Shown here piece after piece: positions 17,675-26,603 of a DNA stretch of 64,000 nucleotides. The notes under the pieces are model-generated. The model saw only the letters and a list, made by a program, of their open reading frames with translations. It was not told the origin of the DNA and ran no database searches. Source of the DNA: a virus; the IMG/VR virus record IMGVR_UViG_3300025093_000011, positions 1 through 64,000 of that record, one strand, 5' to 3'. Each line of letters starts with the position of its first letter. Position 1 is the first letter of the stretch. The position numbers and the translations under genes are program-made.

Positions 17675-18958
17675 ATGGCAGAAGAAAAGAATGAGGAAAC
17701 TCAAGTGCAAGATTCTACAACGGTAGAACAAGTAGATGTAAATATTGATGAGATTTTTTCAAATTTAGGAGCAGATAATATAATGGTTCCTGAAGAAGAA
17801 GAAAAGCCTGCAGGAAATGTTCTAAAGGCAGAAGAAGAATTTGATACTACGTTCATTGACAAGACTGAAGAAAAAGTTGAAACTGTAACAGAAGAACCTG
17901 TAGCAACGGAATCAACTCCAGAACAAGATAAAGCTTTAGTAGATGAAGCTCTTTCTGAACTGGATGATATGATTTCTGATGCTGAAGAAACAGAGTCTAA
18001 ACCTGGAAGACGTAAAACTGATAAAAGTGGTTTAGCTGAATTAGCATCTAAAATGATAGAGGAAGGTACTCTATTTGGTTTTGATGATGATAAAGCTTTA
18101 GAAGATTATACTACTAAAGATTTTAGAGAACTGTTTGAAGCTAACTTTCAAGAAAGAGAAGCTAAGATTAGACAAGATACTCCTAAAGAGTTTTTTAATT
18201 CTCTTCCTGAAGAACTTCAAGTAGCTGCTAAATATGTAGCTGATGGTGGTACAGATCTAAAAGGATTATTTAGAACTCTTTCACATGTTGAAGAGGTAAT
18301 GGATTTAGATCCTAGTAATGAACAACATCAAGCAGAAATTGCAAGACAATATTTAACTGCTACTAGATTCGGAACTCCTGAAGAAATTCAAGAGGAAATT
18401 GAAACTTGGTATGATAGTGATAGATTAGAAAAGAAAGCTAATCAGTTTAAACCTAAGTTAGATAGAATGCAAGAAAAAATTGTTCAGCAAAAGTTAGCAG
18501 AACAAGAGCAGTTAAAAGCACAACAGGAAGATGCAGCAAAAGCTTATATGGATAATGTATATAATACTTTAGCTGATGGTAAATTAGGAGATGTAAAGCT
18601 AGATAGAAAAACTCAAAATGCTTTATATTCAGGATTAGTTCAACCTAACTATCCTTCTATTTCAGGAAAGCCTACAAACTTATTAGGACATCTTCTTGAA
18701 AAGTATCAATTTGTAGAACCAAGGCATGATTTAATTGCAGAAGCATTATGGTTACTTTCAGATCCAGATGGATATAAAAGTAAACTTAAAAATCAAGGTT
18801 CTCAAGATGCAGTTAAAAAAACAGTAAGACAACTAAAAACTGCTCAGTCTAATAAAATATCTTCTTCTGGTGTAACACCGAAAGCTGATACAAACAGAAG
18901 AAAGCAACCAACAAAAAGAACAGTACAAAGAAAGAACACTATGTTCAAAAGATTTTAA
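17675..18958 (+). CDS. Capsid scaffolding-like protein
   Basis: Acidic N half, helical, basic tail. Lies between portal and MCP as in crAss-like phages. Confidence 0.7.
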   Translation: MAEEKNEETQVQDSTTVEQVDVNIDEIFSNLGADNIMVPEEEEKPAGNVLKAEEEFDTTFIDKTEEKVETVTEEPVATESTPEQDKALVDEALSELDDMISDAEETESKPGRRKTDKSGLAELASKMIEEGTLFGFDDDKALEDYTTKDFRELFEANFQEREAKIRQDTPKEFFNSLPEELQVAAKYVADGGTDLKGLFRTLSHVEEVMDLDPSNEQHQAEIARQYLTATRFGTPEEIQEEIETWYDSDRLEKKANQFKPKLDRMQEKIVQQKLAEQEQLKAQQEDAAKAYMDNVYNTLADGKLGDVKLDRKTQNALYSGLVQPNYPSISGKPTNLLGHLLEKYQFVEPRHDLIAEALWLLSDPDGYKSKLKNQGSQDAVKKTVRQLKTAQSNKISSSGVTPKADTNRRKQPTKRTVQRKNTMFKRF

Positions 18959-18987
18959 ATTAGTAAACAATAAAAACAAAATAAAAA

Positions 18988-20601
18988 ATGGCAACTCCAG
19001 TTTTAAACAATGGTATCTTTCTACGGGATACAGCCTATGAGGCAAGTTCACACGTAGACTCATACCACTTGGTTAACATGTTGAAAGATGCAGAACCAAT
19101 GGACTTAGGTCCAGTAGACCTTTGGGCTATGGCTCAGAAAGTTGAAATGCCTCTTTATCAAATGTCTAGCTTTGGTGGTAAAAATGTAATAATGGTTGAC
19201 AATGCTCGTGGTGAGTACAAATGGCAAACTCCTGTTTCCAAAGACTTACCATACATCATTGAAAACATTGAAGAAGCAGACCCTCTAGGGGTAGATGGAA
19301 ACACTTTCCGTATTAAGTTAAGTGATAGAGAATTTGGACATGGTGATATCATCACTTATGACAAATACAATGGAGCTGAACTTTACATTACTGATGAAGA
19401 TATTCTTCCAGTAGGTGATGGATATGTTTACACAGTTCAATTAGTTAATAACAATACTAATGCTTCATTTAACACTGCTTACTTAGCAAATGGAACTAAG
19501 TACTTCAGAAAAGGTTCTGCAAGAGGTGAGTACGGAGAAAGATTCTCTGACATCAAAACTGCTACTGGTTTCCGTGAATTCTACAACTATGTAGGAGGAG
19601 CTGAGGCTCATGTACATTATTCAGTTTCTTCTAGAGCTGATCTTATGATCAAAGGAGGAATGAATGCTGATGGTACTGTTCCAGTAACTGAAATCTGGAA
19701 AACTAGTGGTGATGCTAAAAATCCTTCTGTAGCTTCATTAGAAGATATGGTAAAAGTAATGGGTAAAGATAAAGTTAAGAAAGCATTTGATAATGGTGAC
19801 TTATCTAGATCTTTCCTTACTAACATGGAAGCTGCTCACTTAACTAAAGTAGCAAATGACATCGAGTCTTACCTAATGTGGGGACAAGGTGGTAGAGTTA
19901 GACAAGACGGTCCAGATGATTTAAGATTATCTGTTGGTCTTTGGCAACAACTTGATAACTCTTTCAAAAGAGTATACAACAAGAATAACTTCAACCTTGA
20001 TTTATTCCGTTCTGAGATTTATAACTTCTTTAATGGAAAAGTTGAATTCCAAGGTCCAGATCCAAAGAGACAACTTATTGTTCAAACTGGTATGGGTGGA
20101 ATGAGAATGGTTAATGAAGCTATCAAGAGAGAAGCAGTTGCTTCAGGTCTTGTAATTCAAGCTGCTGACATAGGTGCAATCACTGGTCAAGGAATGGATC
20201 TTAACTTTGGTTTTGCTTACACTTCTTATGTGATTCCTTTCTTAGCTAACGTTAAGTTTGTACTTAACCCAGCATTTGATAATGTTAATACTAATGATAT
20301 TGAGAACCCAATCATTGATGGATTCCCATTATCTTCTTATTCATTCATTATCTTTGACATCACTGATAACACTAATGATAATATCTTCTTATTGAAGTTA
20401 TCTTGGGATAATCAACTTAAGTGGTGGTATCAAAATGGTACAATGGACTACATGGGACGTAGCCAAGGATTCCAGTCTTCTGGTCAATTCAATGGATACA
20501 GAGTCATGATGTCTCAAACAATGCCAGCTGTATGGGTAAAAGACCCAACTAAGGTATTGAAGATTGTTATGAGAAACCCAGTTACTGGAGGATCATTCTA
20601 A
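18988..20601 (+). CDS. Major capsid protein (crAss-like, HK97 fold)
   Basis: 537 aa with strongly biased (high-expression) codons, E.YLMWG.GG and G.GG motifs, matching synteny, and a downstream terminator. Confidence 0.88.
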   Translation: MATPVLNNGIFLRDTAYEASSHVDSYHLVNMLKDAEPMDLGPVDLWAMAQKVEMPLYQMSSFGGKNVIMVDNARGEYKWQTPVSKDLPYIIENIEEADPLGVDGNTFRIKLSDREFGHGDIITYDKYNGAELYITDEDILPVGDGYVYTVQLVNNNTNASFNTAYLANGTKYFRKGSARGEYGERFSDIKTATGFREFYNYVGGAEAHVHYSVSSRADLMIKGGMNADGTVPVTEIWKTSGDAKNPSVASLEDMVKVMGKDKVKKAFDNGDLSRSFLTNMEAAHLTKVANDIESYLMWGQGGRVRQDGPDDLRLSVGLWQQLDNSFKRVYNKNNFNLDLFRSEIYNFFNGKVEFQGPDPKRQLIVQTGMGGMRMVNEAIKREAVASGLVIQAADIGAITGQGMDLNFGFAYTSYVIPFLANVKFVLNPAFDNVNTNDIENPIIDGFPLSSYSFIIFDITDNTNDNIFLLKLSWDNQLKWWYQNGTMDYMGRSQGFQSSGQFNGYRVMMSQTMPAVWVKDPTKVLKIVMRNPVTGGSF

Positions 20602-20620
20602 TCTAACAATAGATTCTTAT

Positions 20621-20655
20621 AAAAGGGGGAGGGAAAGTCCTCTCCCTTTTTTTTT
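20621..20655 (+). terminator. Rho-independent terminator after MCP
   Basis: GGGGGAGGG-AAAG-TCCTCTCCC-TTTTTTTTT. Confidence 0.9.
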
Positions 20656-20681
20656 AATAACCAACAAAAAAATCAACAAAA

Positions 20682-21701
20682 ATGAAAAGTAATAATTTTA
20701 CAATGGTGCAAACACCAACCTCTTCTACATCCTCAAAGATTTCTATCAGACCTTATTTTGATAGCAGAACTGAAAATATGGGATTAGAAAATTATGGATT
20801 AAGTTTATTTGATGGAGTTACACATCAAGAACAATTAGCTTGTTTAGAAATCAATGGTATTGTTAGATACCTTACTGGTTTAAATGAATTTGCTCCAGAA
20901 TTAAAAACTCTACCATCTGAACTTAAAGATGCTAGAATTAAAAATATTAGAACAGCAGTTTCTGACTTAGAAAAAGAATTAGCTGCAAATGTCATTGATC
21001 CAGAAGACAAAGACTTTTGGAACAAAGTAAAATTACTAAAACCTGATAATCAAGAGTTTTGGAATAAAATTGAATTAACCGTAGGGAATCAGCCTATACA
21101 TTTAAATGTAAATGATCCTTATGACAGAATAAAATTATTTGCAATAGAAGCTGGAGGTTTTTCTCTTGTAGCAAAGAGTTATGATGATGCAAGATCAAGA
21201 CCAACTCCACCTAAGTTCTATTTAGATAAAGAAGAGCAAACAGTGTCTACAAGAACTGAGTATAAGAAAATGCGAAATAAAGCACTTTCAGAATTGCAAA
21301 AGTTATTTGATAAGAATAGTACTAAGTTATTTTATGTTGCTAAAGTTGTAGATGTAAATAGTCCACAATATAAAAAGTCAACTCCTTTAGATGTTATCTA
21401 TGAAAATATGGATAACCATATAAATGGAGAAGGTATGGAAAGTAACTTAGAAAGAGCTGTAAACACTTTCTTAAAGACAGTAGAGATGGATATGGAAACA
21501 TTAAAAATTAAATCAATTGTTAAGGATTCTGTATTCTTCAAACATGTTGTAACTAAAAGTGATGGTCATATATATCATGCTAAGAAAAATGCTATACTAG
21601 GAAGAAATGTTTCTGATGTAGTAGAGTTCTTAAAGAACCCTCTTAACGAAGATATACTAGATGACTTAACTAAGAAGTGTGAAAAATATTGGAAAAGTTA
21701 A
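20682..21701 (+). CDS. Conserved crAss-like protein downstream of MCP
   Basis: 339 aa with FW motifs and C-terminal LG.....V.FLKNPLNE. The call rests on synteny. Confidence 0.6.
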   Translation: MKSNNFTMVQTPTSSTSSKISIRPYFDSRTENMGLENYGLSLFDGVTHQEQLACLEINGIVRYLTGLNEFAPELKTLPSELKDARIKNIRTAVSDLEKELAANVIDPEDKDFWNKVKLLKPDNQEFWNKIELTVGNQPIHLNVNDPYDRIKLFAIEAGGFSLVAKSYDDARSRPTPPKFYLDKEEQTVSTRTEYKKMRNKALSELQKLFDKNSTKLFYVAKVVDVNSPQYKKSTPLDVIYENMDNHINGEGMESNLERAVNTFLKTVEMDMETLKIKSIVKDSVFFKHVVTKSDGHIYHAKKNAILGRNVSDVVEFLKNPLNEDILDDLTKKCEKYWKS

Positions 21702-21719
21702 ATTTAAAAAATAAAAGTT

Positions 21720-21941
21720 ATGCCAGGATATAAAACAATGTATGGAAAAGGTGGATCATCATTAGATCCAATACCTGCAGGTAATAAAGGATTACCTAAA
21801 TTATCTAAAACTGTAAGAAACAAAATGGGTTTCATGGGAAAAGGTGGATCTGCATTAGAGTCATCTATGAACAAAATGACTTATAAGCATGGAGGATCAT
21901 GCGGTAGAAGAATCCTTGGTAGAAACTTAAGAAAAAAATAG
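21720..21941 (+). CDS. Small basic protein with repeated xxGG motifs
   Basis: YGKGG, MGKGG and YKHGG. Confidence 0.65.
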   Translation: MPGYKTMYGKGGSSLDPIPAGNKGLPKLSKTVRNKMGFMGKGGSALESSMNKMTYKHGGSCGRRILGRNLRKK

Positions 21942-21946
21942 AAATT

Positions 21947-22135
21947 ATGCCTACAGTAAATGGAAAAAAATACCCTTATACAAGGGAAGGAATCAAAGCT
22001 GCCAGAGCTGCAGCTAATGATTCATATGGACCAGATGCAGTATTAAGAACTTTTTGTCCTAAATGCATGCCTAAGTATTCTAATAATCCTAGAACTATTC
22101 AGGGTAGACAATTAAGAAAAGGAGGAACTGTATAA
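21947..22135 (+). CDS. Small basic protein
   Basis: MPTVNGKKYPYT..G.KAA, a CPKC motif, and C-terminal LRKGGTV. Confidence 0.65.
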   Translation: MPTVNGKKYPYTREGIKAARAAANDSYGPDAVLRTFCPKCMPKYSNNPRTIQGRQLRKGGTV

Positions 22136-22377
22136 TGAAAATGATTAAACTTACTAATACTATGACTAAAAAAGAAATGCAAGAGTGGGAAGACCGCAGT
22201 GCAATGAATACTTTATTAGAAGCTAAAAGAATCAAAGAGAATAGTGCACTTATGAAAAGAGTGACAAATTTGGCTAAAAAAGAAGCTACTAAATTTCAAG
22301 CATTGGCTAGTGGTGGATCAGTTAAACCTAAGAAAACTCTATCTAGACCTAAAAAGAAAACTCTTAAGAGAAGATAA
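22135..22377 (+). CDS. Small basic protein
   Basis: TAATG-coupled to the previous gene. LASGG followed by a Lys/Arg tail. Confidence 0.65.
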   Translation: MKMIKLTNTMTKKEMQEWEDRSAMNTLLEAKRIKENSALMKRVTNLAKKEATKFQALASGGSVKPKKTLSRPKKKTLKRR

Positions 22378-22378
22378 G

Positions 22379-22579
22379 ATGCCTAATAAAGATGTTCAAA
22401 ATATGAAGGTTTTAGAATTCTTCAGAAAAGGAGGATCTAAAAAGAAAAAGTCTAAGGCTAAAAAGTCTAAGAAAGATGCTTGTTATCATAAAGCTAAAGC
22501 TAAGTATGCTGTATTTCCATCTGCTTATGCAAGTGGATACATTGCTAAATGTAGAAAACGTAGAGGTAAGATAAAGTAA
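22379..22579 (+). CDS. Small basic protein (DACYHK...PSAYASG)
   Basis: Start moved to ATG 22379. Lys-rich. Confidence 0.65.
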   Translation: MPNKDVQNMKVLEFFRKGGSKKKKSKAKKSKKDACYHKAKAKYAVFPSAYASGYIAKCRKRRGKIK

Positions 22580-22845
22580 TGGCAGTAAGAAAAACAGCTA
22601 AGGGTCTTGCACTGAAAAGGTGGTTCAAAGAAAAATGGAAGGACGAGAAAGGAAATCCTTGTGGTTCTTCTAAGAATAAGAAAACTAAGAAGTGTAGACC
22701 TACTAAAAAGATTTCTAAAAAGACTCCCAGAACATGGGGGTCTTTATCTAAATCTCAAAAAGCTAAAGCTGTTGCTGAAAAGAAAAGAACTGGTATGGGT
22801 AGAAGAACTAGTTCAATTAAAAAAAGAAAAACTAAAAAGAAATAG
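22579..22845 (+). CDS. Small basic protein (LKRWFKEKW...CRP)
   Basis: Extremely K/R-rich and TAATG-coupled. Confidence 0.7.
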   Translation: MAVRKTAKGLALKRWFKEKWKDEKGNPCGSSKNKKTKKCRPTKKISKKTPRTWGSLSKSQKAKAVAEKKRTGMGRRTSSIKKRKTKKK

Positions 22846-22846
22846 T

Positions 22847-23047
22847 ATGGCAAGATATGCAAAGCCAATGGCAAAAACTGCAGTTCCTAAATTAAAAAAA
22901 GGTGGTGCTAAGAAGAAGTTTAAAGCTCATATGATGTACAATCCTAAAACAGGTAAAGGTACTATGGCTAAAAAAATGGCTGATCATTTACGTATGAAAA
23001 AACTTGGTTATACACATACTAAACCTAAAGCTAAAAAGAAAGGATAA
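22847..23047 (+). CDS. Small basic protein (FKAHMMY...HLRMKKLGYTH)
   Basis: Start moved to ATG 22847. Confidence 0.65.
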   Translation: MARYAKPMAKTAVPKLKKGGAKKKFKAHMMYNPKTGKGTMAKKMADHLRMKKLGYTHTKPKAKKKG

Positions 23048-23319
23048 TGGCAACTAAGAAAAGTAGTAAGAAGAAAGGAGCTATGAAAGGCTGTACAATC
23101 AAAAATGGTTGTAAGTCTAAGAAAGGTGGTCTTACTGCTAAAGGGCGTAAAATGATTAATAGAAAAACTGGCTCTAACTTAAAAGCACCTCAACCAGGTG
23201 GTGGAGCTAGAAAGAAAAGTTATTGTGCAAGATCTCTTGGTCAGATGAAAAAGTTTCCTAAAGCTGCTAAAGATCCAAACAGCCGTTTGAGAAAAGCTAG
23301 AAGAAGATGGAAATGCTAA
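23047..23319 (+). CDS. Small basic protein (KSYCARS...DPNSRL...RWKC)
   Basis: K/R-rich and TAATG-coupled. Confidence 0.7.
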   Translation: MATKKSSKKKGAMKGCTIKNGCKSKKGGLTAKGRKMINRKTGSNLKAPQPGGGARKKSYCARSLGQMKKFPKAAKDPNSRLRKARRRWKC

Positions 23320-23324
23320 TAATT

Positions 23325-23336
23325 TTTTGTATATTA
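23325..23336 (+). promoter_or_regulatory. Putative late promoter TTTTGTATATTA
   Basis: Repeated motif. Confidence 0.65.
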
Positions 23337-23341
23337 TATAC

Positions 23342-23407
23342 ATGAATGAAACCTTTAAAGAACCAGAAGAAGAAAATGATCAAATTTTTATATACTGGGA
23401 ATATTAA
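23342..23407 (+). CDS. Possible 21-aa acidic micro-peptide
   Basis: MNETFKEPEEENDQIFIYWEY fills the gap between the promoter and the next ATG. Confidence 0.35.
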   Translation: MNETFKEPEEENDQIFIYWEY

Positions 23408-23409
23408 AA

Positions 23410-23622
23410 ATGGCACAGAAGAAGAAGTTAAATATCAAGAAGGCAATTAAAAAGCCAGGTTCTCTTACAGCTACTGCTAAAAGGCAAGGTGGTTATGATA
23501 AAAAGAATAAGAGAATTAAAAAGTCTTGGCTTAGAGAAAAAGCTAAGGGTAAAGGTAAAACTGCTCAACGTGCTAGATTTGCAATTACGTTAGGTAAACT
23601 AAGAAAGAAAAAGAAATCATGA
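23410..23622 (+). CDS. Small basic protein (IKKAIKKPGSL...RARFAITL)
   Basis: K/R-rich. Confidence 0.7.
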   Translation: MAQKKKLNIKKAIKKPGSLTATAKRQGGYDKKNKRIKKSWLREKAKGKGKTAQRARFAITLGKLRKKKKS

Positions 23623-24317
23623 CAAACTCTGCAATAGTCATAAAATTAAAACAGAGGCTTAATAAGCTTGATAGTCAAGACTATGATAATATAGAATGTT
23701 GGCAAGCTGTTGAAGCTTTTAATAAGGCTCAAGTAGAATGGTCTAGAAGACAGTTACATGGTATTAATGTAGTTCAAGAAGGTGATGAACAATCTACCAG
23801 AAGAAAAGATGACCTTCAAGTTTTACTATCTACTGATACTATTCCCATGGTTGATAAAAAGATATATGTTAAAGGAAGTGTTCCTTCTGATTATCTTCAA
23901 TGGAAAAGAGTTGATGTAAATGCATGTAAAGAATGTTGTGAAGATAGAAGAATGACAGTATACTTAGCAGAAGAAGGTAACTTAAATCAATTACTTAGAG
24001 ATGAATCTAAGAAACCTTCATTTGAATGGGCTGAGACTTTTGCTACATTAATAGGAAATAGTGTACATGTTTATACTAATAATGAGTTTGATGTTCAAGA
24101 TGCAGAACTTACTTATTATAGACAACCAAGGTACATTCAAATTCAAGGATGTGTAGATCCTTATACAGGTATAGCATCTACTACAAATGTTGAATCTGAA
24201 TTTAAAGATGATATTATAGAATTAATTATTGATGAGGCTGTTAGTATAATTGCTGGAGATATTGAATCAAACAATCAATTCTCAAGAGGTCAACAAGGGG
24301 CTGAAAGAAATAATTAA
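23619..24317 (+). CDS. Tail ring / head-tail adaptor protein
   Basis: LNKLDSQ...FNKAQ...LTYYRQP...IIDEAV, a crAss ring-protein-like pattern. Confidence 0.7.
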   Translation: MTNSAIVIKLKQRLNKLDSQDYDNIECWQAVEAFNKAQVEWSRRQLHGINVVQEGDEQSTRRKDDLQVLLSTDTIPMVDKKIYVKGSVPSDYLQWKRVDVNACKECCEDRRMTVYLAEEGNLNQLLRDESKKPSFEWAETFATLIGNSVHVYTNNEFDVQDAELTYYRQPRYIQIQGCVDPYTGIASTTNVESEFKDDIIELIIDEAVSIIAGDIESNNQFSRGQQGAERNN

Positions 24318-24341
24318 TACATGTTTGATATTTAAAAACTT

Positions 24342-24353
24342 TTTTGTATATTA
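24342..24353 (+). promoter_or_regulatory. Putative late promoter TTTTGTATATTA
   Basis: Repeated motif. Confidence 0.7.
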
Positions 24354-24414
24354 TAGTATATTTATTTATTAATTAAAAAAGTCCTCTGAATAAAATAGGA
24401 GGCAATTAAAAAAA

Positions 24415-25803
24415 ATGGCTTATTTTAACAATGCGTTCAAAAAGACAATAGTACTTTCTGACTATGTTGCTGTAGGTGCTTTAACAACTACTGCAGCTTT
24501 AACATCTGGTCAAATGGGAATGTTTAATGGACATAACTGGCAAGCAGCTACATTAGATGAGTGCTGTCAATTTATTCTTGCAACCGGTTCTCCTTATCAA
24601 AGTGATAAGATTGGTTCTCATCACGGTGGATACCAAGCAAGTATTAAAACTAAAGGAATTAATCCTAGATATGTAACTAAAATGTGGACACAGAATGCTC
24701 ACGTTGCTCAAAATGCAATTTTACATATTGGTAAAACTCCATATACACAAACTGCTGGAACAGCTGATTGCTGCCCAACTTTCTTATGTGGAGAAAACTA
24801 CCACTTAAGAATTGACATTAAAGGTTCTCCAGCATTAAGAATGTTGAACCACCAAGCATATGGTGAAGTTACTGCTTACACAGGATGTTGTGCAGATGCT
24901 ACTGTAGCTCCTGTTGCTGTTAACCCAGCAGTTGTGATGCTAGGATGGCAAGAGCAAATCTTGGATAACCCAATTCTTATGGGTGGATTAAATAATCAAG
25001 AAGATCCATATTCTGGAGCATTCATTATTCCTGTAGTAACTGTTTCTGCTGCTGGTGCAGCTGGTGTTATTGGTGATGGTGCAACTTTAGTATATCCTAC
25101 TGGAACTCCTGCTGCTGTACTTACCGCTGGTGTTACTGCAACTAATACTCACTTAGGTTTAGTTGGTCCAGCTACAGTTATTGCAACTACTGCTGATGCT
25201 TATACTCCTGCTGCTTACACTGATGAGTGTGCTGGTTTAACATTAGTTGGTGCTTTTGTAGAAACAACTTTTGGAGATTGTACTTTCCAACCTTCAGATT
25301 TCTATGGAGTTGAACCTTTAAGATTATATGCTTCTGAAGTAGACTTAAATGGTGATCCATGTGAATTTACAGGTATATGTATAGCTGATGAGTGTAAAGG
25401 TTATCAAGCAGAAGGTCTTGGTGAGACTGTTGCTAGAGACTTTATCTTATCTGAGTCTTACAGACAAATTCCATTTGCAACTGACTTAAGAATCCGTGAG
25501 ATTACTCAAGGAAATGATATGTTAGGAGCTGGAGCTGGTCAAGTAGACAGAACAGCACTATATGATCACTTATATATCTTGCATACTGTTCCAAGATTTA
25601 ACAATCCATCTGGTACATTTGATAATGATCAATATCTAATTGACATTGTTAGTTTATCAACAGTTGCTGGTAAAGCTGAAAGAGATGCTCTTTTAACTGA
25701 CTTGCAAGCTAAGATTGGAACTTGTGGACATTTAGATTGTATGGCTGAGATGACACCTCTAGGTGCATGTCCTGCTAACCCATCTATTATTGTTACTTCA
25801 TAA
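24415..25803 (+). CDS. Abundant virion structural protein (auxiliary capsid-type)
   Basis: Has its own promoter and terminator, high-expression codon bias, and Ala/Thr/Cys-rich beta composition. Confidence 0.55.
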   Translation: MAYFNNAFKKTIVLSDYVAVGALTTTAALTSGQMGMFNGHNWQAATLDECCQFILATGSPYQSDKIGSHHGGYQASIKTKGINPRYVTKMWTQNAHVAQNAILHIGKTPYTQTAGTADCCPTFLCGENYHLRIDIKGSPALRMLNHQAYGEVTAYTGCCADATVAPVAVNPAVVMLGWQEQILDNPILMGGLNNQEDPYSGAFIIPVVTVSAAGAAGVIGDGATLVYPTGTPAAVLTAGVTATNTHLGLVGPATVIATTADAYTPAAYTDECAGLTLVGAFVETTFGDCTFQPSDFYGVEPLRLYASEVDLNGDPCEFTGICIADECKGYQAEGLGETVARDFILSESYRQIPFATDLRIREITQGNDMLGAGAGQVDRTALYDHLYILHTVPRFNNPSGTFDNDQYLIDIVSLSTVAGKAERDALLTDLQAKIGTCGHLDCMAEMTPLGACPANPSIIVTS

Positions 25804-25825
25804 GAATAAACAATTATTTACTCAT

Positions 25826-25869
25826 AAAAGGGAGAGTGAGACATAAGTTTCTCCTCTCCCTTTTTTTTT
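25826..25869 (+). terminator. Rho-independent terminator
   Basis: GGGAGAG.GAGA...TCTCCTCTCCC-TTTTTTTTT. Confidence 0.85.
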
Positions 25870-25880
25870 ATTTTAAGATT

Positions 25881-26423
25881 ATGGCAAATCATGTACTAAG
25901 TTTAGAGGTACCTACTGTAGGTAACCCTTGTGTTTTAAAAATATTTGACACAAGTGTTTATTCTGCACAAGTAGCTGTATTTCAACCAAAATTATATATA
26001 ACTGTTCCAGGTTATAAAAATGCTTGTGAAGTAGCTTTTGTTCCTCAATCTTCTCCAACTTTAACTGGATGTGATTTGAACATACAAACAACTAATTGTG
26101 GCACTTCATATGTAAACTTACCTGATGGAATTTATTGTATTAAATATGTAGTAGACCCTAATCAAGTGGTCTATGTAGAATATAATCATTTGAGGATAAC
26201 ACAAGCACTGAACCTATATCAAAAGATTTTATGTGATATAGATGTAGCAGATTGTGAACCCCCAGCTAAGATCAAAGAAAAGCTTGAAGATCTTAGACTA
26301 ATTAAGATGTATCTAGAAAATGCAAAAGCAAAAGTAGAAACATGTCATGAGTCTCAAGAAGGAATGACTCTTTACAATTATGCTTTAAAGCTTTTAAAAG
26401 CTCTAGATTGTAGAAATTGTTAA
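25881..26423 (+). CDS. Tail hub/collar-type structural protein
   Basis: Start moved to ATG 25881. Contains an LPDGIY.IKY motif. Confidence 0.55.
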   Translation: MANHVLSLEVPTVGNPCVLKIFDTSVYSAQVAVFQPKLYITVPGYKNACEVAFVPQSSPTLTGCDLNIQTTNCGTSYVNLPDGIYCIKYVVDPNQVVYVEYNHLRITQALNLYQKILCDIDVADCEPPAKIKEKLEDLRLIKMYLENAKAKVETCHESQEGMTLYNYALKLLKALDCRNC

Positions 26424-26444
26424 ACCAACAAAAACCAACAAATT

Positions 26445-26603
26445 ATGGCAGCAGGATCAAAATGTAAAAATTGTGGATCTACACTCTCTTGCGGATGTCA
26501 ACAAAGAAGAGCAATTGATGGAGCTCAGACTTGTGCAAACTGTGTAAATGCATATAATAACAAATTGAAACAAGAGAAATTAAAAACTTATACTAAAAAA
26601 TAA
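26445..26603 (+). CDS. Small Cys-rich (zinc-finger-like) protein, 52 aa (not in ORF track)
   Basis: CKNC....SCGC...CANC. TAATG-coupled to the next gene. Confidence 0.7.
   Translation: MAAGSKCKNCGSTLSCGCQQRRAIDGAQTCANCVNAYNNKLKQEKLKTYTKK

Noticed and set aside
12339-20601. Introns or inteins in TerL, portal or MCP
   Set aside because: The ORFs are continuous and of ordinary size, with no intein or homing-endonuclease motifs seen.
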